A stretch of DNA of 63,434 nt, filler included, from an uncultured Rhodopirellula sp. (GCA_964007735.1; 4 parts of 4 records of this genome joined end to end with filler, not necessarily neighbours in it), one strand, 5' to 3'. Positions 29,163-40,508 are shown, counted from the whole stretch's first letter. Made by a program: numbers and translations. Notes: a model not told the origin generated them from the letters alone.

Positions 29163-32100
29163 TCAGAGTGTCTCGATGATACCGGCTCCGAAAGTAAATC
29201 CACCCCCAAATGCGCAGAGACCGATCGTTTCGTTTCGAGGTGCCGTTGGCAGGATCTCGCTGAGACAAAGTGGGATCGTACTGCTCGAGGTATTACCATG
29301 GTTGGCAATGTTTGAGAACACTATAGGAGAGATTCTATGTTGAATTGCATCAATGATGCGTTGATTTGCCTGGTGCGGAACAACAAGATCTAATTCGTCG
29401 ACTTGAAACTGCTCGCGGCTGCAGACTCGATTGAGACTGCTCATCATACATCTGACAGCTTCCTGGAAGACACGTCGTCCTTTCATTTGAATGAAGCCGC
29501 TGTTTCGCAATGGTACAGAAAGTGTTGTTCCATCTTCGCCTTTGGCAGACAGGTCAGGCCGGTGAAGCTTTGCTGCACTACGCTCTAAATGACTTTCGCC
29601 ATAAAGTACAGTAGCGGTAGCGGCATCGCCAAAGAGAATCGATGTATCGAAGTCATTGAGATCGAGCAGGGGGGACAGGACTTCGGCTGTTGTAACGAGT
29701 ACGCGTCCGTTGGGGGTGCTTTGCAGGAAGTCATAGCCAGCCTGTAAAGCATAAAGGTATCCGCTGCAGGCGGCACTAATATCGTATGCCTGAATCATTG
29801 TGTCTTTACCAAAGGAGAGTCCATTTAGGATTCGGCAGGCCATGGAAGGTGTCATCGACATGGGACTGGTAGTTGAGCAAATCAACAGATCAATATCGTC
29901 GATCAAAAGTCCCTCCTGTTCTAAGACCTTTTGGCAGGATCCCACAGCCATGCTGATCGCATCTTCATTTTGATCAACCCAGTAACGTTGTCGAATGCCC
30001 GTACGACGAATGATATCGTCACTTGTCATGTCAACACTGTCACCCAGAAGGAACTCGTTGGTGATTAGCCTGCTACCTTTGTGGAACTGAACATTTGAGA
30101 GTCCCACGTCAAAGGCCCTGCGTTCCGGCGGGCTGGGAGTAAGAACGATTGTGTTTTCTGACTTGCGTCGACGAAGGATTGGTATGCCGTGCTGTTCCTG
30201 AGTAATCGGTTTAGGTCGAATACTGGAGTCAGTGGTTAGCCTAAACATCGAAGCGCCGACTTTGACAATTTCACCGGTTTTGCAGAGGATTTCGCGGACG
30301 ACTCCGTCTACCGGGCTCGTAATGTCGAAGACGCTCTTTGTTGCTTCCACGGATGCGACGGGGTCTCCGCATTCAATTGTTTCACCAGCTTGTACCAGAA
30401 TTTCGACAACTTCCACGGATTCGTCCGCAGGTCCGGACCCGATAGCCTCAATGTATTCGACGCCGGCTTCTTTTTCAGGAGCTTCTTCCCAGTCTAGATC
30501 CACATCAAGCAAATCAGCAGCTACCGCTAATGTTCGTTTGAATCCTGGCAGTACTTCAGTTTGATTCTCAAAGTTACAGGGGATGAAGGTGTCAGGTCGC
30601 GTTACTCGTCGAACAGCCACCGGCACTTTTGCGTTTTCTGCAACGGTAGCCACGATTTCAGATCCCAATCCGCAGGTATGGTTGTCTTCATGTACGACAA
30701 TCAGGCGGGCTGTCTTTTCGGCAGACGAAAGAACTAACTGTTGATCCCATGGAGTGAGACTACGCAGATCGATAACATCGGATTCAATGCCTGCCTGTTC
30801 TAAGGCCTCTGCAGTTTTCTCGCAAACCGAAACCGTATTCCCCCAACCGACGAATGTAATGTCGCGTCCGGAGCGTTTTTTCCTGGCAACTCCTAATGGG
30901 ACAAACTGCTCATGTACATTTTCAGAAGTAGTTTCCGCGGAATTATTAAGGAGTGTTTTGGGGTAGAAGAAAATCGTGGGGCGTTCGGACTCAAAGGCTG
31001 CGTTTAGCAGACCGGCTGCATCGTGTGCAGAGGAAGGCATGACGACATCGATACCGGGACAGTGTGCCATCACGGATTCATGTGTTTGTGCGTGATAGGG
31101 GCCCAGACCAGGACGATAGCCACCACAGGCAATCATTACGATTACCGGTGTCGAAGTCTGCCCGTCGGTTCGCCAGTGGATCGTCGCCAATTCATTGACG
31201 ATCTGATTGTAGGCTGTTGGCATGAAGTCGGCGAATTGAATGAAAGCTACGGGTCGCTCACCAACCATAGCTCGACCAATTGCCGCTCCGACAATGGTTG
31301 ATTCACTGAGCGGTGAATTCACGACCCGTCCCGGGAAACGGGTACTCAACCCTTTTGTGACTCCAAAAACGTCTCCCTTTGGATCTTCAATATCCTCTCC
31401 GTAGAGTGTGACCCGAGTATCATCCAGCAGGTGATTCTTGAGCACTTCCCGTAAGGCATCCTTCATGTTGACTTGGGGCAAGTCTTCCGAGCCAAATTTC
31501 TCTTTCGAGGGATGGATGATTTCCACCGGATGTTGCTTGGATGCATGAAGAGATGTTAGAGGCGTTTTGGCAGCGAAGGCCTCCTCTTTAGCTGCCTCTA
31601 GTTGATCATTAACTTGAGCAAGAATGATTTTTAATTCAGATTCAGTGAAGCCCATAGCAAGTAATTGCTGCTTGGCGGAAAGAATGGGATCGCCATTGAT
31701 TTGTGCTTCGTTGATATCGTCCTGATCACGATAGATAGTTTGATCGTCGGCATTGGTATGGCTAGTTAGTCGTTCGACCTGGAAGACAATGAGTGCCGGT
31801 TTGCTAGTGGCTCGGATTTCCGCGACGATTTCGCCTACTTGTTGATTGGCTGTAACGACATCGGTTCCATTAATGTAGTGGATTGGCAAACCAAAAAATT
31901 CAGTGGCCTGTTCTCCATCAGGAAGGGAATAAAATGTTTTTCCTTGCGTTGTAGTGGAGATAGCCCATTTATTGTCTTGAACCATAAACAGCACTGGAAG
32001 ATTAGACCGGACTGCTTCGCCAACAGCCTCCAGCCATTCTCCCTGCTGAGTTGTTCCGTCACCCACTCCGCAATAGACCAAGGGGGTGTTTTCGATCTGC

Positions 32101-32480
32101 TTAATTGCCGCAGCTGCCCCGACAGCTTGTAAGGCATTATTACCAGTCGGAGTGACCATACTTAAAATGTGTAATTTTGGGTCATTGAAGAACGCGCTCA
32201 TGCGCCTTCCGCTACCAGGTGAAAACTCATTGCAAAGCAGGGTATCGAAGAAAGTTCTGGGAGATAATCCCCGAGCTACAAGCAGTGCGCGATCGCGATA
32301 GTGACAATGTAGCCAGTCTTCAGGTGTTAGATGATTGGCGAGGACAGCAGTCCCCTCATGGCCTGCACCAGACAGGTGGAAAAAGGCTTCCCCCCGACTG
32401 GTGAGTTCCTGCTCAATACGATCAATTCCGCGCGCTAACAGCATATTGCGATAGAGCACCAGCAGCTGATCACGATCCAT
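29163..32480 (-). CDS. fusion of 2-oxoacid dehydrogenase E1alpha + E1beta + lipoyl domain + beta-ketoacyl-ACP synthase III (FabH)
   Basis: ThDP motif GDG..DNKWAIST and HTNADD. E1beta GEDI..GDVFGVT..SPLSE..IQFADF..GPYHAQ..IDLRSL. Lipoyl VEATKSVFDITSPVDG. KAS III triad AACSGY, PHQAN, GNTSSS, plus FGGGFTFG. Confidence 0.92.
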   Translation of the reverse strand: MDRDQLLVLYRNMLLARGIDRIEQELTSRGEAFFHLSGAGHEGTAVLANHLTPEDWLHCHYRDRALLVARGLSPRTFFDTLLCNEFSPGSGRRMSAFFNDPKLHILSMVTPTGNNALQAVGAAAAIKQIENTPLVYCGVGDGTTQQGEWLEAVGEAVRSNLPVLFMVQDNKWAISTTTQGKTFYSLPDGEQATEFFGLPIHYINGTDVVTANQQVGEIVAEIRATSKPALIVFQVERLTSHTNADDQTIYRDQDDINEAQINGDPILSAKQQLLAMGFTESELKIILAQVNDQLEAAKEEAFAAKTPLTSLHASKQHPVEIIHPSKEKFGSEDLPQVNMKDALREVLKNHLLDDTRVTLYGEDIEDPKGDVFGVTKGLSTRFPGRVVNSPLSESTIVGAAIGRAMVGERPVAFIQFADFMPTAYNQIVNELATIHWRTDGQTSTPVIVMIACGGYRPGLGPYHAQTHESVMAHCPGIDVVMPSSAHDAAGLLNAAFESERPTIFFYPKTLLNNSAETTSENVHEQFVPLGVARKKRSGRDITFVGWGNTVSVCEKTAEALEQAGIESDVIDLRSLTPWDQQLVLSSAEKTARLIVVHEDNHTCGLGSEIVATVAENAKVPVAVRRVTRPDTFIPCNFENQTEVLPGFKRTLAVAADLLDVDLDWEEAPEKEAGVEYIEAIGSGPADESVEVVEILVQAGETIECGDPVASVEATKSVFDITSPVDGVVREILCKTGEIVKVGASMFRLTTDSSIRPKPITQEQHGIPILRRRKSENTIVLTPSPPERRAFDVGLSNVQFHKGSRLITNEFLLGDSVDMTSDDIIRRTGIRQRYWVDQNEDAISMAVGSCQKVLEQEGLLIDDIDLLICSTTSPMSMTPSMACRILNGLSFGKDTMIQAYDISAACSGYLYALQAGYDFLQSTPNGRVLVTTAEVLSPLLDLNDFDTSILFGDAATATVLYGESHLERSAAKLHRPDLSAKGEDGTTLSVPLRNSGFIQMKGRRVFQEAVRCMMSSLNRVCSREQFQVDELDLVVPHQANQRIIDAIQHRISPIVFSNIANHGNTSSSTIPLCLSEILPTAPRNETIGLCAFGGGFTFGAGIIETL

Positions 32481-32674
32481 CCATAGCCACTTTATATGAA
32501 AAGTGAGGTAGTCAATTACCTGAGTGGCAACCTACTATTCCCCCTGAATTAACTCCTAACGCTATGATTCTAGCGAAAATCGCTATTTCCACGCACTACG
32601 AATTTGCCTCTTTTAACATTCCAAAATGGAATTGTAGGGAATTTTTTTTTAGATATAGAAGGCTTTAAGAGCGT

Positions 32675-33730
32675 CTATTGATTGGCAATTTCCACGTTTA
32701 GGAGTCGTTTTCCTTCCCGAAGAACAAAATCTGGATCCATGAATGGTTCGTAGCTGATATCATTCCAGCGAACGAATCCGTTCCCATCGATGATAAATGT
32801 TCCATGCAATGGCTGTTCTTCAAAGTCATCGTAAGCTCGATATTGTTTGAAGACGTTCAATCCCGGATCGTTGACGATACGGAAGGGTACTTTTCCATCA
32901 AAGTTTTTGATCGATTGTTTCAAACCGTCGTTGTCATCAGAACTAATGGCAATGACTTGAAATCCAGCCTCTTCGAAGGCAGCAACTTTGGGAATGAATT
33001 TCTGAATTTGCTCAGTACAGGACAAGCATCCGGCACCGAGATAGAAGATCACAATCGTCGGCTTGCCGTTAAATTCCCTAGCACTGACGAAGCGTTTATT
33101 CCGATAATCACGAAGAATAAATTCTTCGGCGGGCGATGGGCTCCAGCGGAACGGTCCCAGTGAATCCAAATCGACGCGTTCTCCCACATCATCCTGTACT
33201 TTAAGTTCTTTTTTCCATGCACCATCGCATCCGAGACTAGCAGCGAGCGTGGAAACTCGCTTAAACACGGGAGATTCCAGGTCAACAGAGCCAGAAATGT
33301 CACGCAGAGAATCAAACGCTTCTCTCGCTCGATCCATCTCGTCGGCTTCTACTAATAATTCAATCCAGTGGCAAAGAGGTTGTACTTCGTTTTGGTGAGA
33401 ATTGATATGTCCTTCCCCTGATTTGAGAGCACCCTCTTTGTCGCCGTTGGCGAGTTGAAGCTTCGCTAGAACCATGCGATCAATGGTTCCACCTTTTTTG
33501 AGATGTTCCTGTGCTTCTTTCGTTTCACCTTTTACCAAATGCTGGTAGCCGCTGATTGCAGCCAAGGCTTGTTCACAGTTACGCACTTTTGTGTCCCAGG
33601 CTCGTCTCGCATCACTCTTGGCTTTGTCGATAGCTTTCTTTTTGTCTTCTTTTTTCTTCTTATCGTCCTTGGCTTGTTCTTCCGTAGCTTTCTTTTCCGC
33701 AGCTTCTTCTGCTTTGGTGCGTTCAGCCTG
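32675..33730 (-). CDS. TPR/helical + AhpC/TSA redoxin domain protein, 5'-partial
   Basis: Frame is open to the contig end. FYLGAGCLSC, VIAISSD, HGTFIIDGNGFVRW. Confidence 0.8.
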   Translation of the reverse strand, partial: QAERTKAEEAAEKKATEEQAKDDKKKKEDKKKAIDKAKSDARRAWDTKVRNCEQALAAISGYQHLVKGETKEAQEHLKKGGTIDRMVLAKLQLANGDKEGALKSGEGHINSHQNEVQPLCHWIELLVEADEMDRAREAFDSLRDISGSVDLESPVFKRVSTLAASLGCDGAWKKELKVQDDVGERVDLDSLGPFRWSPSPAEEFILRDYRNKRFVSAREFNGKPTIVIFYLGAGCLSCTEQIQKFIPKVAAFEEAGFQVIAISSDDNDGLKQSIKNFDGKVPFRIVNDPGLNVFKQYRAYDDFEEQPLHGTFIIDGNGFVRWNDISYEPFMDPDFVLREGKRLLNVEIANQ

Positions 33731-33731
33731 A

Positions 33732-33831
33732 NNNNNNNNNNNNNNNNNNNNNNNNNNNNNNNNNNNNNNNNNNNNTTAATTAATTAANNNNNNNNNNNNN
33801 NNNNNNNNNNNNNNNNNNNNNNNNNNNNNNN
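33732..33831. other. artificial contig linker
   Basis: N-TTAATTAATTAA-N. Confidence 0.99.
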
Positions 33832-35742
<1,911 letters not shown>

Positions 35743-36072
35743 ATATATTCAAAGCTTCTACCCATTGAAGAAGGAAAACCTGCTTCGCAAAGCATTACCT
35801 GAATAATGTCCAACTTATTAAGCGCAACGATCCAAAGTATAGATATAACTCGTATACATATTTTGGAAACAACAAGATCATCAATTAAGACACTCTTGTT
35901 GCGATAAATGGTTCATCAAGTCTTTTGTAGTCAACCAGGAATCTGCATGATCACTCTGGATGAGAACTTGATCGCCATTCGCCTTCACTTTGTTCTGACA
36001 ACAAAGACAGTATTTTGTCTTGTTGACTCAAAACGCTCGCAAAGATGCCATCTACCTTTGCTAAACCAAATT

Positions 36073-36084
36073 GTCAAATATCAA
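36073..36084 (-). promoter_or_regulatory. boxA-like antitermination element in the 23S leader
   Basis: Minus-strand TGATATTTGACA resembles rRNA boxA (TGCTCTTTAACA) and sits just 5' of the processing-stem strand. Confidence 0.45.
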
Positions 36085-36175
36085 TGACTTGCCGGCCAAA
36101 ATTGACCTTTAAGCCCCCGTCTCAAACAATTTTCACGCTCTACAGCGACAAATATTATCGTGTGACAGATTTACA

Positions 36176-36204
36176 AGTTTAGGGTCGGCCAATAGGACTG
36201 TCAA
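36176..36204 (-). promoter_or_regulatory. sigma70-type promoter for 23S-5S, downstream of tRNA-Ala
   Basis: TTGACA-N17-TAAACT on the minus strand, with an A/T-rich UP-like tract upstream. Confidence 0.7.
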
Positions 36205-36337
36205 CGCTCTGAACGAGTTATTGATCAGAAAAAAATGATTTTTATTCTTACACTGTAAATATAGTGTAAAACATCCTCGGCAGGGCCTCTGCCAACTTGC
36301 TTTTTGCTCCTGAGAAAGAAACCTCAGAAAACAAAAG

Positions 36338-36410
36338 TGGAGGTAGACGGACTCGAACCGACGACCCTCGGCTTGCAAAGCCGATGCTCTCCCAACTGAG
36401 CTATACCCCC
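36338..36410 (-). tRNA. tRNA-Ala(TGC)
   Basis: GGGGGTATAGCTCAGTTGGGAGAGCATCGGCTTTGCAAGCCGAGGGTCGTCGGTTCGAGTCCGTCTACCTCCA; G3:U70 pair; CCA not encoded. Confidence 0.97.
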
Positions 36411-36612
36411 TTTGGTCTTGTTATTCGTTGAGTCTTGACTTCCACTATTTCACAACCCTAATCAAGTCGCTTTTAACAGAAAGCAAGGCTCCATATTTTA
36501 TACTGACACAAACAACCGTCAACTACCAGAAGCTAACGGTTTTAACGGACTACGTAAGGCGATCAGCCAAAACGTCCGAATTTCCTAGTTTTTCAGTTTG
36601 CTTGTCAGCAAG

Positions 36613-36686
36613 TGGGCGTACCAAGATTCGAACTTGGGACCTCATCGTTATCAGCGATGCGCTCTAACCAACTGAGCTATACGCCC
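36613..36686 (-). tRNA. tRNA-Ile(GAT)
   Basis: GGGCGTATAGCTCAGTTGGTTAGAGCGCATCGCTGATAACGATGAGGTCCCAAGTTCGAATCTTGGTACGCCCA. Confidence 0.97.
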
Positions 36687-36867
36687 CCGCTTTTCCGAGC
36701 TTAATGCTTAGAATATTACCTTCGCGAGTAACTATCTATCGGAACTGAATCTGGGTAACTTTGCCTTGAAAAATAAAAAACAAGGCCTACCTGAGCTCAA
36801 TTCGCAAGATCGGACCCGTGAAGCCAGATTTCCCCGAATAATCGGAAAAACCTCGGCGGAAAGAGGT

Positions 36868-36896
36868 ATTCTAAGCCCGCTTGCCGACCTCATAAA
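36868..36896 (-). promoter_or_regulatory. putative sigma70 promoter for tRNA-Ile/tRNA-Ala
   Basis: TTTATG-N17-TAGAAT on the minus strand. Confidence 0.45.
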
Positions 36897-37219
36897 GGGG
36901 GGCGTTGGAAAAAGTTGAAAAATACGACCTGTAAAAGCAAATCGACTTCAGCAAGGCCTGGAGGCTGGTAAAACTCCTGTATTTCCAATATGGATCATAT
37001 CTTACATTGAAATTCGGATGGAGCTTCGAGCCTCAATTACCTCCGCGAAATAACTGGCTTCCCTACCGTGTAAAACGACAGATTGGTAATGCGTAACAAC
37101 GGTGCATTCGGTACACTTTCAGCGCTTAAATCAAACGCAATTGCTGTGGTGGCTTGCAGAGTTCAGCGGAGCAAGCAATTCATTGAGAAATTTGAAATTA
37201 GGACGATAGGAATAGGCTC

Positions 37220-39124
37220 GTGATATACCCATCTGTGAATAAACACTTTCGGTTTCTTCCTCTGTTGTTAACTGTATTCACCTTTAGTCAGTTAGGGGCT
37301 GCTCCCAACGCCCAGGAGATTCTTGGACGTTTTGAGCCCGTTCAGTCGGGGGTTGATTACGATCAACCAACGCAGGCTCAGTCTGCTGACGCTCAGCTTG
37401 AATCGATTAAGATCGGGGCCGCCGTTGGCTATCAGATCACTAATGCTAATGGGGAAATTCTTCGGCAGTTTATGGATACCAATGGTGATCAGAGCGTTGA
37501 TCGCTGGTCCTACTTCAAATCCGGTGTCGAAGTTTATCGCGATATCGATATGGACTTCAATGGTCGTGCTGAGAATTTTCGTTGGCTTGGGCCGGCTGGG
37601 GTCCGTTGGGGGATCGATGTGAATGATGACCGAAAGGTTGATACTTGGAAGATAATCTCTGCCCAGGAGGTTACTCAGGAGTTTGTTGAAGCGGCTAAGA
37701 ATCGCGATCCGGATCGTTTTGCGCATTTATTTGCAACGGATGCGGAGTTGTCTCGTGCGGGATTCTCTGCTGAGAAAGTTGCGTCCATGAAGAAGGTGCG
37801 GGACGATGCTATTCAGGCCTTCGCAAAAGCCGTGCTGCAAAATACGATTTTGCCGACTGGCCTGCAGTGGGTGCACTTTAGTGGCATGTATGGGGTTTTG
37901 CCCGAAGGTACTGCAGGACGGACTAAGGATATCTTTGTGTATGACAATGTTATTGCCATTGTCGAGGATGGTGCCAGCCATCGTCAATTGGTTGTCGGGG
38001 CCATGCTTGAGTCCGGTAAAGCCTGGCGTTTGGTGCAGTTGCCTCCTGCATTGCAAGCAGCGGAGGAATCCGTTGCTGCATCCGGCTATTTCTTCAACAG
38101 TCCTGTGGTAAGCACTGGTGGGGTTGGCACAGGAGATTTGCCTGGTGTTAGTGAGGCCATGCAGAAATTGCTTGGTCAACTGGAGCAGGTTGATCAGGAG
38201 CTGGCTCGTGCTACTACCTCTGCTAGTATTGTCGAGTTGAATCGCAAGCGGGCGGATGTGTTGGCTAGTCTTATCAATGCTGCGGGTGATAGTAAGGAGC
38301 GAAGTCAGTGGGTGCGTCAGTTCTCGGATACAGTAAGCGCTGCGGTTCAATCCGGCGAGTTTCCTGAAGGGGTGCAACGCCTAGAAACCCTGGTCTCTTC
38401 TTCGGTAAAATACTCGCAGGATGATAGGGCTTATGTCCGTTTCAGACTGCTTACAGCTGGTTATTCTACTTCTCTCTCGGCACCAAATGCGGACTTTGAC
38501 AAGGTTCAGGAAAAGTGGCTTTCAGATCTCTCGGGATTCGTTAATCAATTTCCTAAGAGTGCTGATGCTCCAGAGGCGTTGTTTCAGTTGGGGATTGCTG
38601 AGGAATTTGCCGGTAATCCCTCACAGGCAATCAAATATTATGGGGAGATCGTTCAGCGATATCCCCAGTCTTCCAATGCAGCAAAGGCAGAAGGGGCGAA
38701 GCGTCGTCTCGAATTGAAAGGCCGTCCACTCGCGTTGGTTGCAACGACACTGAGCGGTATGACGCTTGATACAAGGTCCCTTGAAGGCCGTGTTGTTGTG
38801 GTTCATTACTGGGCTAGTTGGAGTGAGCCTAGTGTGAGGGATATGGCTATTTTACGCGATTTGCAAATCAAGTATGGGAGTCGGCTTGCTCTCGTTGGTG
38901 TTAATGTTGATGCAGACCCTGCTTTGGCTACTAATGTGGTTCAGAAGAACCGCTATTCCTGGCCTCATTTGTATTCCAAGGGAGGGATGGAAAGTCAGTT
39001 GGCTAATCAGTTGGGTGTAGTGAGTGTCCCGATGATGATTGTTGTTGATGCAAGCGGTAAGGTGGTGAAAACCGGTGTTCATTCGGCTGAGCTTGGATCT
39101 GTTGTCGCAGAGTTGGTTAAATAA
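37220..39124 (+). CDS. secreted TPR + TlpA-like thioredoxin-fold protein (SxxS instead of CxxC)
   Basis: Signal peptide, EF-hand-like DTNGDQSVD, TPR FPKSADAPEALFQLG, C-terminal GRVVVVHYWASWSEPS..GVNVD..GVVSVP. Confidence 0.8.
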   Translation: MIYPSVNKHFRFLPLLLTVFTFSQLGAAPNAQEILGRFEPVQSGVDYDQPTQAQSADAQLESIKIGAAVGYQITNANGEILRQFMDTNGDQSVDRWSYFKSGVEVYRDIDMDFNGRAENFRWLGPAGVRWGIDVNDDRKVDTWKIISAQEVTQEFVEAAKNRDPDRFAHLFATDAELSRAGFSAEKVASMKKVRDDAIQAFAKAVLQNTILPTGLQWVHFSGMYGVLPEGTAGRTKDIFVYDNVIAIVEDGASHRQLVVGAMLESGKAWRLVQLPPALQAAEESVAASGYFFNSPVVSTGGVGTGDLPGVSEAMQKLLGQLEQVDQELARATTSASIVELNRKRADVLASLINAAGDSKERSQWVRQFSDTVSAAVQSGEFPEGVQRLETLVSSSVKYSQDDRAYVRFRLLTAGYSTSLSAPNADFDKVQEKWLSDLSGFVNQFPKSADAPEALFQLGIAEEFAGNPSQAIKYYGEIVQRYPQSSNAAKAEGAKRRLELKGRPLALVATTLSGMTLDTRSLEGRVVVVHYWASWSEPSVRDMAILRDLQIKYGSRLALVGVNVDADPALATNVVQKNRYSWPHLYSKGGMESQLANQLGVVSVPMMIVVDASGKVVKTGVHSAELGSVVAELVK

Positions 39125-39401
39125 GTCCAAATTTCTGGCTGTGCGTTTTGTTAGGCAATGTCGCGTGAAATACTGTTTCCCCAGTGTTTCACGCGTTTTT
39201 TTATCTAAATCCACCTTTTCGTGATAATCGTCGCACGTGCAAAGATCGCTAAAATCGAAAAAGACTAACATTTCGCCTGCTAGCTGGCCGAAACCTAATA
39301 CATACCCGCATCTCGGGATGTTGGTGTAGTTATGTGGCCCACATGTACTGGGTTTCAGTGACGTTACAAATTCGCATGATAGTTTGCTAGGGAGGAGACC
39401 A

Positions 39402-40508
39402 ATGCGACGCTTAGTATTCGGATTGGCGGTTGTAGGCGCTCTGTTAGTAGTGCCGGTATTACAGGCTGATGATGAGGCGGTTGGGCAACGTGTTGTTCAG
39501 ACGCTACAGCAGCAGAAAACGCAGGGGGTGTTGAAGGATTTTAGCATTGATCTGCAGGTAGAACAGGGGGTTGTCTGGTTGAAAGGTGAAGTTGCCAGTC
39601 AGTCTCAGCGGGAATTGGTTCTTGGGGCAATTTCTAATTTAGAAGGTGTTAAGCAGGTTGTGAATGACTTGCGACTGCCGATGGTGGCGCAGGTACCGCA
39701 AGAAGAGGAAGGTACCTATGATGCGTTTGCCAGCGGGGTTGAGGAGGGGCTTGGTAGAGTGGCTGGACTCCTCGGTTTGGGCGGCGAGTCTAAGGACCCA
39801 GCTTCTGTTGTTCCTGTAACGGCTAAGCCAATTCCAACAGCACCCGCGAAGCCTCAATTGCGGCAGGGACAGGCTACTGCGCGTGTCATGCAGGCTCGTC
39901 CAGAACTTCCTAAAGTTGATGATAATGCCATTGCTCAGGCAATTGGTAAATCGTTAACCGCTAAGAAAGACTCCGGTGAACTAAAAGCATTTAATGTGAA
40001 TTTGAGTGTTAGCGGCGGTACGGTATGGATGAAGGGCTTTGCTGCAAATGATTCTCAGCGAGCGTCGATCCTGGCTTCAGCCCAGCAGATTGATGGTGTT
40101 GTTCAGGTTGTGAATGATATTGTTGTTCAGGCACCAGCTGTCCTTCAGGTAGCATCCGCTCCAGAAGGCGGGGTGTCACAGCCGGTAGTAAGTAATCAGG
40201 TTCCTCCTCAGCAAATCCAGCGAGTGGCTGCTGCCGTTCAGGCTCCGGCTGCTCCGGTGCAGATGATGCAGAGTGCTCAGGGGATGGCAAGGGCTCGTTA
40301 TGAGCAGCCAAATATGCCTAACTATGCATGGCCGACCTATGCCGCTTATCCTAACTACGGTCAGGTCTCCTATCCGAAGCAGTACTCACCATCTGCTTGG
40401 CCCTATATTGGCCCGTTTTATCCCTACCCTCAGGTACCTTTGGGTTGGCGTAAGGTAACGCTCGAGTGGGATGATGGCTGGTGGTTCCTAGATTTCCAAA
40501 GTAATTAA
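39402..40508 (+). CDS. BON-domain protein (two BON domains) with Pro/Tyr/Trp-rich C-terminus
   Basis: RBS GGAGGAG and signal peptide. GVVWLKG..LEGVKQVVNDL and GTVWMKG..IDGVVQVVNDI. Confidence 0.85.
   Translation: MRRLVFGLAVVGALLVVPVLQADDEAVGQRVVQTLQQQKTQGVLKDFSIDLQVEQGVVWLKGEVASQSQRELVLGAISNLEGVKQVVNDLRLPMVAQVPQEEEGTYDAFASGVEEGLGRVAGLLGLGGESKDPASVVPVTAKPIPTAPAKPQLRQGQATARVMQARPELPKVDDNAIAQAIGKSLTAKKDSGELKAFNVNLSVSGGTVWMKGFAANDSQRASILASAQQIDGVVQVVNDIVVQAPAVLQVASAPEGGVSQPVVSNQVPPQQIQRVAAAVQAPAAPVQMMQSAQGMARARYEQPNMPNYAWPTYAAYPNYGQVSYPKQYSPSAWPYIGPFYPYPQVPLGWRKVTLEWDDGWWFLDFQSN

Noticed and set aside
32491..32515. TTGACT/TATAAA promoter-like pair upstream of the fusion gene
   Set aside because: The spacer is only 13 nt.
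17557..33831. Apparent 16-kb insertion in 23S with a 55-nt 'target duplication'
   Set aside because: It is bounded by linkers. The duplication is an assembler overlap, not an intron or mobile element.
36133..36667. ORFs overlapping the tRNAs
   Set aside because: The tRNA cloverleafs and promoter explain the sequence.
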